From Mizuhopecten yessoensis (Eukaryota), in assembly GCF_002113885.1 (NCBI RefSeq), contig NW_018407247.1, positions 285,317 through 349,316 on the forward strand: a DNA stretch of 64,000 bases, written 5' to 3'. Made by a program: the position numbers and the translations under genes. The notes beneath the pieces were generated by a model. The model was not told the DNA's origin. It saw only the letters and a program-made list of their open reading frames with translations, and made no database searches. This document shows positions 52,471 to 64,000 of this stretch, in pieces; within the stretch, counting starts at the first letter, position 1; each line of letters begins with the position of its first letter.

Positions 52471-53436
52471 AAAATTTGTGACACGCCACATTGTCACTTT
52501 TCCTGCTATTTTCATTTGACATACGTATTCATTATTGACTATATAAAGAGGTTTCAAGTAAAAGGAGGGGAATGTTTGCTGGCGATGTCTCTAATCATGG
52601 AGACAAGGTACCGGTCATCCTCTTGCCTGTCACGGACACGTCCCGGCCCTCAGGTTGTTTCCGGTACGGAAGCAATCCGACGCGACCTGTCGCGAACGAT
52701 CTTGACCACACTTGTCAATCTGTTGGTAAGGACGGGAAATGTTTCACGTAAATACGTCGGTTCTTTGAATACTCGTGGTCTTATGAGGAGCAGTGAGGCT
52801 CTCCACAAGGAAGTCTCGCTAGAAATACTAGAAAATACTACATGCACTACCACTGAGTAGCGATGGACTATTTGTATAGGATCAATATTTATATACATAT
52901 CAATCTGCTTATTGTCAAAATCACTTAATTTACTGAGATTTTGTATCGTTTCTTTGCGTCAAAGTAACCACAGATTCAACATTTTTGACATTAAGGTTAT
53001 TCCGGAATATTCTGTAAATGGGTATGAGGTAAGTACTTTCATTGTCATGCTTCATGTAGCTATATGTTATACATTTTACACGAATGCGAATGACTGACTT
53101 TAAACTATTGCTTATATTTTGAACTCAGCAAACCCCTGTGTAACCATATTCATTTTGAATTAATTTTATAACAGCTGTTTTTCCTATTTTGTACTATAAG
53201 TGATAATTATGAATAATACAGTACCATTGTACAAAACGCAATATTATATTCAGTTCAATTATGTCCTCATGGTACATATACGTCATAGTTCACGGAAATT
53301 GATCTCTTTAGGAAAAAGGAACATTTTCATTGTAACATCAGAATCGCATAACCCATATCAGTCCCCCTGCTTTCTCCCCATCACTTAACTCTCACACACC
53401 CCTCTCTATAGTAACACAGCAACTGATATTTAGTAG

Positions 53437-54065
53437 TTATGGAACTTTGTTGAGGTGAACGTTTGGTTATATGGACCTGAGAAAGTGATATTAACCATCC
53501 ATATTCACCGAAATAAAAGTCCATAAGTGTTATATTAGGTGCTTAATAATGTTTTATCAATAAAAAGACCGCGGCCGAACGTTTGATCATGAAAATCGAA
53601 GGAGGAAAGTGCTGCATATGACAGACCACATTGTAACGTCACAATTGAAATGACATTACTGCTATTTCTAAAAAATAAAAATAAAACGGAGTAACTATTA
53701 TAAAGTACTAACCTTCACGTGGTAATGATAAATCTCATGAGGATGTAGGATTGTACCTGGATTTATCGACCCGAGAAAAGATATATCAACCGAGGACGCA
53801 GTCTAAGGATAAATCCAGGTATCGACTGAAGTTCAAGGCTACAATTGTTTTATCATTTTCAAAACAGTAATGTGAGTAATCTGACAAAAACACAACAAAA
53901 ATGCTACGGAAGCGAGACGGTGCGTTCGTTTGGAGACACGTCATAATTCTATTTTTAGAAACACACAGTCCTTTAACAAAAATCAAGCGCTCCAAGTCAA
54001 TATCGGTTTTTATCGGTGGACACGTGATGCACTTCTGGCCAATCGTTTGTCGGGAATAATATGAA
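53437..54065. mobile_element. Two hairpin-ended non-autonomous elements (hairpins 53437-53526 and 53752-53822)
   Basis: TTATGGA..GGTGAA / TTCACC..TCCATAA and TACCTGGATTTATC / GATAAATCCAGGTA. Distal CACGTG...CCAATC motif as in the Crypton element. Confidence 0.5.
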
Positions 54066-55496
54066 AAAATAATAGTCCCTCTACTACCTCATCCCCTACC
54101 CTCCCGTCCCCTACTCCAACCCAACCCTATTTAAAGAAACACAGTTATTGACATAATCATTTAATATTCCGCTTTGATAAACTAACGTCCTATTTTAGTT
54201 ACACAAGTATTGTAATATTAGCATTGAATATCCTACCCGTATATCTGAACGAGCCATCTTTAGTAACACCGTAACAGAAATCATCATTGAAATCATATTT
54301 AATTCCCTTAAAGCTCCAAATTTAGCAAGGCAAGTCGGTTATTGGAATCAACATTTAACATTCAACTCTTATCCCCTTAATGCGCCGCGCCATCTTATGT
54401 AACACTGTTACAGAAACCATCATCGATATCCCACTTAAATCCCTAAATATTGGAATCAACATTTTACATTCCACTGTTAACGCGCCATTTTCAGTAACGC
54501 CGTTACAGAAAGCAGTTACAGGAATCAACTTTTACCATTCCACTATTATCCTGTTAACGCGTCATCGTTAGTGACACAGCGACTGGAATTTGCCCTTACA
54601 ATTCAGCTCTAGTCACCTTAACGCGCCATCTTATTGACGCATTTATTGGAATAAACATTGAACATATCCACTCTAATTATAGTTGAAAGCCCAATATATG
54701 CTAGCACAGCTATTTGAACCAGCATTGTTTATCCCACTCTTATCCCCCGTATGTCCCATCGGTAGCCCCTCCTTTAACTAGCCTCAAAGTGACAAATGCA
54801 TGTAGTATACGTTTCTTGGCCGTAATTGTGTCCGCAGACCGTTACCATAACAACGCTGCCCTAATCTTAGAAAGGAAAAGGTTACAAGTGCGACAGAATT
54901 TCATATTGAAATGGGAATAACCAATTTAGGTCCTTGTTTATGTCTGCTATAGTAGGGGCTAAGTACCGTTGTTTTTTTATAATCTGATGAAACATCTAAG
55001 TAAAAAAAGTATAACGGCTTTTTATGAGAGTTTTAATGAAACAATTATTGAAGAACCTTAAGTCATTTAATACTAACGACAATCCCCAATCGCTTCCGTC
55101 GTGTCCTGCTCGCCTTTGCGTGATCACGTCGCCCTTGTGTCAACAGTATATGATATAAAAAGCTGGAAATGACATAACGACATTCACCCCATCATTCGAT
55201 TTGATTTGTATAATAAAGTAATTATTACAGTCAGAGACGTATATGTAATATATACATCTCTGCTACAGTGTATCGGCATCAAGACGTAGCAGTACCTAAT
55301 GAAACACCGAGTCATGGATATGCGATTGAAAGTTGGGAAAATCTAATTATCTCTCCTCCTGCACATGTGTTGTCGTTCGTTTTCATTTAAGGATCAGTCG
55401 TACTGCACTGTAGGTTTTCTATATATGGTAACCTGTCCTTAATTACGTTTTGGATAAAACTGTAGCACAACTGGGCCAGGATACTTTTGTGTGCAA

Positions 55497-55566
55497 GGTA
55501 GCTCAGTCAGTCAGGGTGATAGATAGTATATCAATTTAAAGTCCTAGGTTCGATTCCCGGTGCAGC
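55497..55566 (+). pseudogene. Degenerate tRNA-like sequence (SINE head or tRNA pseudogene)
   Basis: GTAGCTCAGTC A box and GGTTCGATTCCC B box. The anticodon arm does not pair. Confidence 0.55.
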
Positions 55567-55793
55567 ATCGCTGAATTTTTATACTCGGAACATTGTTCAT
55601 GTTTAATTACTGTTTATTCTCTCTCTTTTTCTTGGTCCCGCAATGTTTTCTCAAATGGCTTGTCAACGCTATAGATATGCTGGAAACACAGTTTCCACTT
55701 CGTACCGTTTTTGACAGTGGTAAGGGATGTGAAATTATATATACTTTAATGTTATATACTCCCCATGTTTGTTTTGTTTAATAAGCACGTTAA

Positions 55794-56717
55794 GGATGTA
55801 CACCTCTGAGAAGTAAAATCATGTATCAAACTTTTTTTCTTATATGGATTTTTAGAAATAGGAGTTTATGGCATAGTAGAAAATTAAAAAATAATGTATG
55901 TCCGTGTGTTCGTTTTTGTGCTATGATCGGTCAAAGATACCAATTTAATACAATATGTGATTTAAGGTGATTTGTTTGGTTTTGACCATTTGCAGAACAA
56001 ATTCATACAATTTCTTCCAAGTGTTTCTTTTAAATTATGGAGGTAAAAATTCTTATTTTTATTCTTTTAACTCAGAAAGGCGATTTAAGTTACCCCTACT
56101 CCTTATCTGTTAATGAAAAAACGATATTTTTTTCACCATATTTTGCAGACTAAACGCTTGAGATAAAAAAGTTCTGTTATCAAACCTTTTTTTAATATTT
56201 ATTGAATAAAAAGAAAATTTGTTTCTCTTTCTAAACCAGCCACAAAAATGGGGGGTCCGTGTGCTTGTAATTTTGTCCTATTATTATTTGTGTTATTCTT
56301 CACCTTTTTCGGGGTCAAAAATCTAAAGTGCTTCAGTTACATTAAATACGTAAAACAAATTACCAATAATGTATAATTTTCCACTTTGTTGCATGTTATT
56401 TTTATCATATTGAACATTACAAATATGTACAGCAAAATTGAACCTACTACAATTAAAAATGGAGACATAATGACAATTTAATTGAGAAGCGCAAGAAATA
56501 CACATATTTTAAAAATGGCCGCCGAATCCGAATCGGTTATTTTTTTAAAATCTTGTGAAAAATGTTCTACAAACAACATATATCTATTTTTTTTACATAT
56601 TTTCCAGATGTGTGTTTGGTATTAAACTTGATCATAATTTGTTAAATATTACAAAAACCCGTTACACCACATCAAAACGAGACTTGAACGTGATTTAAAC
56701 CTCAGAAGAGTACGTCC
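55794..56717. mobile_element. Non-autonomous Kolobok-like DNA transposon
   Basis: TTAA TSD on both sides. Termini GGATGTACACCTCTGAG / CTCAGAAGAGTACGTCC (14/17 inverted). Starts with a purine pair. Confidence 0.8.
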
Positions 56718-57989
56718 TTAATACTTGTTACATGAAACTAAGACAAAGAATTTGTGGAAGAACTACAGGTATTCAGAAGGACCCAATAAACCTATGACAT
56801 GTAGGATGTTTTGAAGAAAGGGGGAAAACTACTTTTCAACGGCTTACTGAAAAAAAACCCAAAAAAAACAGACAAACAAATTCATTGTACATTGTGTTGT
56901 TCGGAATAATGATTTCTTATTTATGGTATGTTGAGCTCAGATTTCAGATTTTGGTATGATGATTTCAGACATTTTGTGTGATGATTTCAGATTTCAGCAT
57001 GCTATTCCAGCAGTTGGCTAGAAACCATGCTTATAATATCTTCAATAAGATTCATTAGTTTGGAAATATATGATATGAAGGCTTTACTTTTTACACAAAC
57101 AATGTAAGTATTAAACAGAGGTCGTGGAGAAAACGCTCATAAAAAATGGTTTGCATTTTTAATATTCAAAGTTTCCATGTCCTTGCAAACAGCATTTATA
57201 TTATGTCCAGAAAAATGACGATTAATATCAGCCACGTACATAAACCTCAGTCTATATAACACAGTCGTTTTTTGAACTGTTTCTCTACCTATACCATGCT
57301 CATCTCAACATATATTTCTTTTTGTAAAATTACTTTAAAAAAAAGTATCAGTTATGTGATAACCACGCTGTTACTTTTAACTGTGTCAGACGGTCATACC
57401 ATACATATGGTAATACACACGTGTAATAAAACTAAAGGCTCTGCAATTGATCAAAACCGTCGGAACATATTCCTACGCTGTTAGACAATTGTGAATTTTA
57501 TCAACTGCTGTTTTTATATTGTACTGTTCTTGCTATTTTACTATTAAATGAATTTGAAATATATATTTTGTTATTATCATTTTCATTGCATTTAAAACTG
57601 CTCATGATCAAAAACACAAATCTGGAACTACTTAATTTGCACTGCGGTGCGACAATACTTTTACCGGATGATCGGAGTACTTTGGTTTAGACGTTTCATA
57701 GAGTCAGCTGCTGATAACACATTGTGTTTGAAGTTCTATTTTGCAAATTAGGAATGTTGTTTGGTAAAAAAGAATCTTACATTCTTGTCAATGTTATATT
57801 GAATGTATTAATACTCAATAATATGGTATGGTACTTGCCTAAGGGCTCCTACCATATCAAATTATTGAACTCGGTTTATTAATTCAACATGACACGGTCA
57901 TTCTTTGAAAATCCTCTATTTCATATTAAAAATGTGTTGTTCATCTCTGATGAAAGGACCTACATACATGTAACTTGAAAATACTGTAT

Positions 57990-58300
57990 TAGCCAGCCCT
58001 ATTGCATCGTGTTAGTTTATAACTACAGTGTAGCAATCGTACATTGACAAATGGAATCTAAAACATAGAATGGTGAAGATTTTCACAATAGAATATATCC
58101 TCATTATACATGTACCCAAAATATAGGTGAAGAATTTCGTCATTTGTTGCATTGTCCGTTTTTCAAAAGTGAACGAGAACGAAGATCGCGTTTAGAAAAA
58201 AAACCTAAATATATTGAAATCATTAATCTATGCAAAATGTTTTCTTTTTCTTTAAAACAATGTCTCAGGTTTTGTACGATTTGTACGCCGTAACTATTTC
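57990..58300 (+). mobile_element. Decayed LINE ORF2 C-terminal fragment
   Basis: IGEEFRHLLHCPFFKSERE resembles the IGDEFHYLLxCP Cys/His motif of CR1-group ORF2. Confidence 0.6.
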
Positions 58301-59405
58301 TCAATTGGTTGTAGATTTGTATACACATTTCCCAAAAACATTTGCTATCTTGTAGTAAAAATATTAAGTTCGAAAAACAATAAATAAAGCATAGCCAAGT
58401 ATGTTTTATAAAAGATAACAAAAGCTAAAAGATTTAGTGTTTGGAAACCTGAGGTGAAACCACAATGCAAACAGGTCTGCCCGGCAATTTTAACTCTTTT
58501 AATTCAACACATTTTCTCACTCGTTTAAATGAGAAACGATTACAAAAGTGCAGCAAAATAAGCTTGGAATACCACGAAAAGGGTGTAGTTAAACACAACA
58601 TCAATGATTACCGAAAATAAATTGCCATCAGAGGTAAAATAAGCAATTGGATTGTCAGAGCGAATCTAACCAAACTGTTTTCTCATTAATAAATGCGTAT
58701 ATTTACCTGCGTCACCAATCAGGTTTAGGAAAACACATCAGGCCGAGGTTGCTGAACTGAAGTTGATGGTAAACACGATGAATTTAATATGCAGCATGGA
58801 CGGAAATTGGAGCACGTATTGACCCTAATATACCACTGTGCGCTGGCTTTCATGAGCAGTCCGAGCTTGTTGCTAGATTAGACCCAGGAAACATCTACTA
58901 CGACACTGTGCTCTTTATTACTGGTGTTTCTCTTAGAACGTCTATCAGCGACCGTCCATGTAAAGCTGTAGTGGTAAATGGAATATTGTTTGTACAAACA
59001 CAGTCGAATTATATACATAGTCTGACTTTTTGTTGGCCAGGCCTAATATGGTTGTAGGGTCGATTGTTAGTTATTAAATATTTCTTATTATCCATTCCTG
59101 ACATCTAAATACGGACTGCCCGAAGAAGGTATTAGTTAGATTAATTACTAAGAGCACCGTCGTGTGTGGGTTGACATCAATTCTATAAAAAGTGTTTTTT
59201 TTATCTTTCTTGCCATTTTATTTAACTTTGCAGAACACGATCGGGATGGTATTTTGTATATTAAAGGACTCGCACATACATACACTATTTCATAGTGCTG
59301 TCTTACTGAAATACATAACTTAATATCATAACTCAATATCATAATTGAATTCACTTATTCTAATCAACCACCGCATTATTCCCCACCTTATAACCGCTGT
59401 AAACA

Positions 59406-59676
59406 TTACATTGGCTCCGAAGTAGGGACCCGGAGGATTTGACAAAAATACTCAGCGATACTTGCAAAGGAATCGGTATGACCCCTGGGAAACTCGGGAC
59501 GAGTTCTTTCCTAAAGTGGAGTTATATCACCCTAGTAAAATACTAGCTGTTTCCTACCGGCTCGTCTAGGGAGATTTTTCCTCTTTAGCTCATTCGGTAG
59601 AGCGTAAGACTAGTAAGCCAGAGGTCCCGGGTTCGCCTCCTGGCGGAGGCATGAAAAAATAATGACCTCTGTTACA
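59406..59676 (+). mobile_element. TRIM-like unit: PBS-like + short internal region + tRNA-containing terminal repeat ending TGTTACA
   Basis: TTACA|T-TGGCTCCGAAGTAGGGAC, then CTCGGGACGAG..TAAAGTGGAG (PPT-like), then tRNA-like 59580-59651 (TAGCTCATTCGGTAGAGC...GGTTCG). Ends TGTTACA. Confidence 0.55.
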
Positions 59677-60019
59677 CTCGATAATGGCGTTTGTTAATGT
59701 TGATTGATTGACCATATGATGCAATTTCTGTCAAACGTTACATTTTAAATGTTTCCGTTTGATTTCCAATATAGACATTTCACTGCTCCATTTTCATTAG
59801 TAAGGAAGAAATATACACACATTATAAAGAGTAGAGATTATTTGCTTTGAGTTGTAGTTATTGTACACAAACAAACGTCTATATAAGACGAAATTATGAT
59901 TTGTTGTTTGATAAGCCATTGTTATGACACGCTTCACACAATTATTAAGTTTAATTAAAAATGTAAAATAAAACACAATTTGCCAAGTGTGTCGTCTCAC
60001 GCTCCTAATATTAACGTTG

Positions 60020-60215
60020 AGGTTGGTCGGGTGTCGAAGTGGATATCGTACTTGCCTTTCACCAAGAATTCCGCGGTCGGACGTGAAAAGGTATTTGGTC
60101 ACCTGCCCGACCACGTGGGTTTTCTCCGGGTTCTCATGTTTCCTCCCACATTAAAACCCCCGCGCGCTAAAATCCGGGTCAACAAAAACAATTATTATAA
60201 GTTAATCATTGTTCG
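60020..60215 (+). mobile_element. V-domain SINE (same family as 7256 and 22190)
   Basis: GGTCACCTGCCCGACCACGTGGGTTTTCTCCGGGTTCTCATGTTTCCTCCCAC. Confidence 0.85.
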
Positions 60216-60649
60216 TTGTTACCTGTTCCATAATAGATATATTTTATATATGATATTAATGTCTGATAACAACACTCGGGGTTAAGTGAAGGACACACTG
60301 ATATAGACATTGCTTTAAGTAAATGTTTACTGTATCGATTGTGTGGTCTATTCAAATCAATGTAAATCAGGTTGTAAAAAAACAGAATAATTGAAAAACA
60401 TGTCGGGATTGACTGTTATCCATACGGTGATAAAAAACGTCTTTAATATTATGCTGGTCAGACATATCACGTGCAGACTTATACACGATGTGGATCCTGT
60501 AAATTGCTATAAGTTTGTCAAATACATATTTTAGTGATTGTGCGTTATGAACAAAGAAAGTGGTAAATGGTTATCCCTGGTTAGTTATGCCTGCCTACAA
60601 AATTGCAAGAAATCAGAATTTATTTCACACGCACTCGAGATTCCCTGGA

Positions 60650-60766
60650 TATATTTCCCTTATTCGGAGTATCTCTAGGAAAATGGACAAGGTCACCCAC
60701 AATCGAGTTCCGATTGATTGAAACAGACAGCATTTTCATAGAGATGCTCCGAATAAGGGAAATATA
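60650..60766. mobile_element. Mini-MITE with 36-bp TIRs
   Basis: TATATTTCCCTTATTCGGAGTATCTCTAGGAAAATG / CATTTTCATAGAGATGCTCCGAATAAGGGAAATATA. Confidence 0.8.
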
Positions 60767-60774
60767 ACGATTTA

Positions 60775-61407
60775 ATAATATATGCCTTTTTCCTTATAAC
60801 ACCCAGTATTAACCCGAGACTGCAATATCAGCCCGAGGGCTGATATTGGTCAAGGGTTGATACTGGGTGTGATATGGAAAAGGCGCGCTTTATTCTGTTT
60901 ATTACATACTTACTGTACTAATAAAAGCTACTTTCTTATGATCTATTCTTCTTTTGAAATATTGAAAAACGAAAAAAATCCAAAAGGGATGGGATACGAG
61001 TGATACGGGTTTTGTGGTGTGATACGACGAGTGCTGATATGGGTTAGAGCAATTGTGTCGTATCGCATATACAAAAAATCCGTATTTATTAGTTAGTATG
61101 TAATAAAACGTAGTATCAAACTTGTGTTTCCGAAATATTCCCATAGATATATCCTATATCTCGCCGTTTTTATAACATCAATAATTTGATACGGTTTGCA
61201 ATGGTTGTTTTGGTCTTTGTTTTAAACCAGGTAGACAGTCGATTGAATGATATCTGCGTTTCTCCCACAACCACTGAAGGTTAACTCACTTCTGACTCAT
61301 TGGTAAATCTGCTAGGTGTTGGTAAACATTTCTGGTTACCCACTAGTGGGCAACACCCTGGACGTGATTTCATTGGTCAAATTTTGATTTATGACGTCAT
61401 GTAATAA
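60775..61407. mobile_element. Hairpin-ended Crypton-like non-autonomous element
   Basis: Hairpin at 60784-60884. TTATTACAT (60899-60907) is inverted to terminal ATGTAATAA (61399-61407). Subterminal ATTGGTC..TGACGTCAT. Confidence 0.6.
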
Positions 61408-61812
61408 TGCTTTTCCATCTCATTTTTCATTGTGACGTCATGCTCAATGGTAATTGTTTTCCCCATCGGAACGCACAAGATGTATTTATTTTTTATCTAA
61501 CTCTCGTTAGTTAATTTTCAAATTGTGAAGATTAACTACTTCTAGTTAGATTAACAAGGTAACCAACCATTACTCGTTTGGGAACCTCTATATATCTGTT
61601 TGCCTCGCTCAAAATGATTGTGACCAGTTATCAAGATATCATTGATCCGCTACGACGGGGGATACAGTTTGTCTTCCTACGTGTAAATAAGTCTTACCAT
61701 TACTATACGCCCGTAGGGTAGTTCACTGGACAGATGCCATGTGGTTTATTAATCAAATAAACATAATCAACTCACATTGGCGTCATACTAAAAAAATATG
61801 TATGCATAAGTT

Positions 61813-61853
61813 ATCGCCTGAAGATGGCCACAAGGCTTGAACACGCTAGCGAT
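61813..61853 (+). ncRNA. Penelope-type minimal hammerhead-like motif
   Basis: ATCGC-CTGAAGA-TGGCC-ACAA-GGCTT-GAACAC-GCTA-GCGAT. Helix I is ATCGC/GCGAT; there is one extra base in the GAAA box. Confidence 0.45.
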
Positions 61854-63843
61854 GGTCTACTATATTCGACTCGTTGATAGTGTTTTGGTCTGCATTTAGA
61901 CATCCTAAATATCTTTCCCGAATATCAACTTCACAAATGGCACCATGATCTGACCAATCGGGCATGAAGTCCTGCTGTGATGGTATTTTGAAGAAGGTAC
62001 NNNNNNNNNNNNNNNNNNNNNNNNNNNNNNNNNNNNNNNNNNNNNNNNNNNNNNNNNNNNNNNNNNNNNNNNNNNNNNNNNNNNNNNNNNNNNNNNNNNN
62101 NNNNNNNNNNNNNNNNNNNNNNNNNNNNNNNNNNNNNNNNNNNNNNNNNNNNNNNNNNNNNNNNNNNNNNNNNNNNNNNNNNNNNNNNNNNNNNNNNNNN
62201 NNNNNNNNNNNNNNNNNNNNNNNNNNNNNNNNNNNNNNNNNNNNNNNNNNNNNNNNNNNNNNNNNNNNNNNNNNNNNNNNNNNNNNNNNNNNNNNNNNNN
62301 NNNNNNNNNNTGACAAATTAGCTTAAGTGCAGAACAGTGCATAAAGTAGATTGTAACTTCAAACAATCACAAAGAAAAACATTCCAGAGATACCGAAATG
62401 TGACCAAACAACGTGATTCGAACACAAAATCGATTAAAAAAGGGCCAAAGATGACCAAAGCAAAGACCAGTACGGCAACAAGGGCAAATGGGTTCAGATC
62501 AGTGGAAGAATTAGCATATCCAGAACCATTAACATCGATGAAAGTGCAATATAATTTTTATAACGGCAATTAACCTGTTGTATAGCATCGTTTGACCTAT
62601 GGTATTACTTCACTTAGCCTGTAATGTAACCTGATTTAACCTGTTTGGACTTCACTTTACCTGTTGTGTAATATCACCTTACCTATTGTATAACCTTACT
62701 TTATCTGTCGTATTACTCCACTCAACCTGTAATGTAACCTTACATAACCCGTTATGAACCTCTCTTAACCTACTATATAACCATACTTAACATTGTTTTG
62801 TATAACCTAACCTTACCTGTTGTGAAGCCTAAGTTGTTACCGCTAATTGCGGATGCAATCTTTAATTGTTCTGGTACGTTTTAAAAAGGAAAACCCCATT
62901 AAAGTGGACAAAGTAGTGGCCCTCAATAATTTGTTTCACACAGAGAGGTGTTAAATTATCGCCATTAGGCTATGGCCTGACTAATGATGAAAATTTCACC
63001 ACTCTTTCTTGAAAACAAATTATTGGGAGACACTCTCATACAATGTAGCAGACTAGGTCGGATGAAATGACGTCATCAGAGGATAACGAAAGAGGTTTGA
63101 CGACAATTGATCGTTGCAGTCATCTTGAAATCTTTTGATACAGGGTCATTCCGCCTGGTTGGCGAGAGGCCAGATATTAGCATAACTCACTTTGGAGTTT
63201 CATCAGGGCGTTTGTTCGACAATTCGTGGATTTTCTCGCATTTTCCACATCATTTAGGATTATGTTTGAGTATTTCTATCATGTTTGTAACTTAATTGTT
63301 TTTGTTTTGCATATTTCCTGTTAGGTGTTATGGTTAAATGTAAAGTGTACCTCTATGTCAGACTTTGTGTCGATTTCATTGAATTATTTCCTGTTTTCTG
63401 CCAAATCAAATATTGTTACTTGTTTGGTTTGCTATTTCGGCATCATCAGAAATGTTTGTGAAATAACATGACACTCATATAAACACATATAGGTTGACTT
63501 GTTTGTTGTGTAATGAAATCACACTTACATATCACATACTGTGACTAAGTGTCAATATGTACAAAACAATCATCTTATCTCATATGTTTGGCTTATAATA
63601 ATTTAACATCATCTTTTATTTTATCCATGAACATCTCACGTTACCTCACACGTCGTAATGCAACGAGAATGTACATGAGGACATGACATGACTGGAAAAA
63701 ATGGACATATGAATTAGGACCTATAGTCACGCTAGTGTTAACAATTCTACACATGAATGTAAATTACACTTCATATACGTCTGGTCAACACTTCGTGTAC
63801 ATGTTATAAACATTACACCCATATGTGATAAATAATACACGTG

Positions 63844-63950
63844 CATTCTATCAAAACTACAAGTACATTTAAGCCGCTCAACACTTACATTCTATCAAAA
63901 CTACAAGTACATTTAAGCCGCTCTACACTTACATTCTATCAAAACTACAC
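63844..63950. repeat. 44-bp tandem repeat x2.5
   Basis: CATTCTATCAAAACTACAAGTACATTTAAGCCGCTC repeated. Confidence 0.85.
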
Positions 63951-64000
63951 GTTCTTGCAACAAAAAATACAAGTGCATCTTATCAACTCTACGTTTACAT

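Noticed and set aside
59580-59651. Functional tRNA-Thr(AGT) gene
   Set aside because: The B box is corrupted (GGTTCGCCTCC), the stems are mismatched, and it is embedded in a TRIM-like unit.
61846-62366. ORFs spanning the N gap (including an SDH-containing peptide)
   Set aside because: Mostly X residues; the remaining ~50 aa are too short to assign.
63436-63456. CTGATGA..GAAA hammerhead on the minus strand
   Set aside because: Only 4 nt separate the boxes, so there is no helix II, and no convincing helix I.

Overview
AT-rich, gene-poor, repeat-dominated animal genomic DNA. The SINE, TRIM and DNA-transposon families suggest a bivalve mollusc (inference). No complete host gene is visible, only a few low-confidence exon candidates. 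Main content: (i) three CR1/L2-group LINE relics whose ORF2 starts with a conserved leader followed by a virus-like 2A/StopGo motif (D[IV]xxNPG|P). One has a tandem-duplicated 2A+APE-start module and is interrupted by an antisense 5'-truncated relative with a 13-bp TSD. (ii) A Crypton-type tyrosine-recombinase fragment, plus non-coding elements with the same design: a terminal hairpin whose missing outer arm lies at the opposite end, as expected for a permuted circle junction. (iii) tRNA-headed SINEs with V, CORE and Meta/Deu cores that share 3' tails. (iv) MITEs with 9-bp or TTAA TSDs. (v) A tRNA-containing TRIM-like unit and a candidate LTR. (vi) Decayed minimal hammerhead ribozymes. (vii) Minisatellites of 13, 15, 20, 23, 33, ~37, 38 and 51 bp. 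Most short ORFs in the supplied track are spurious.
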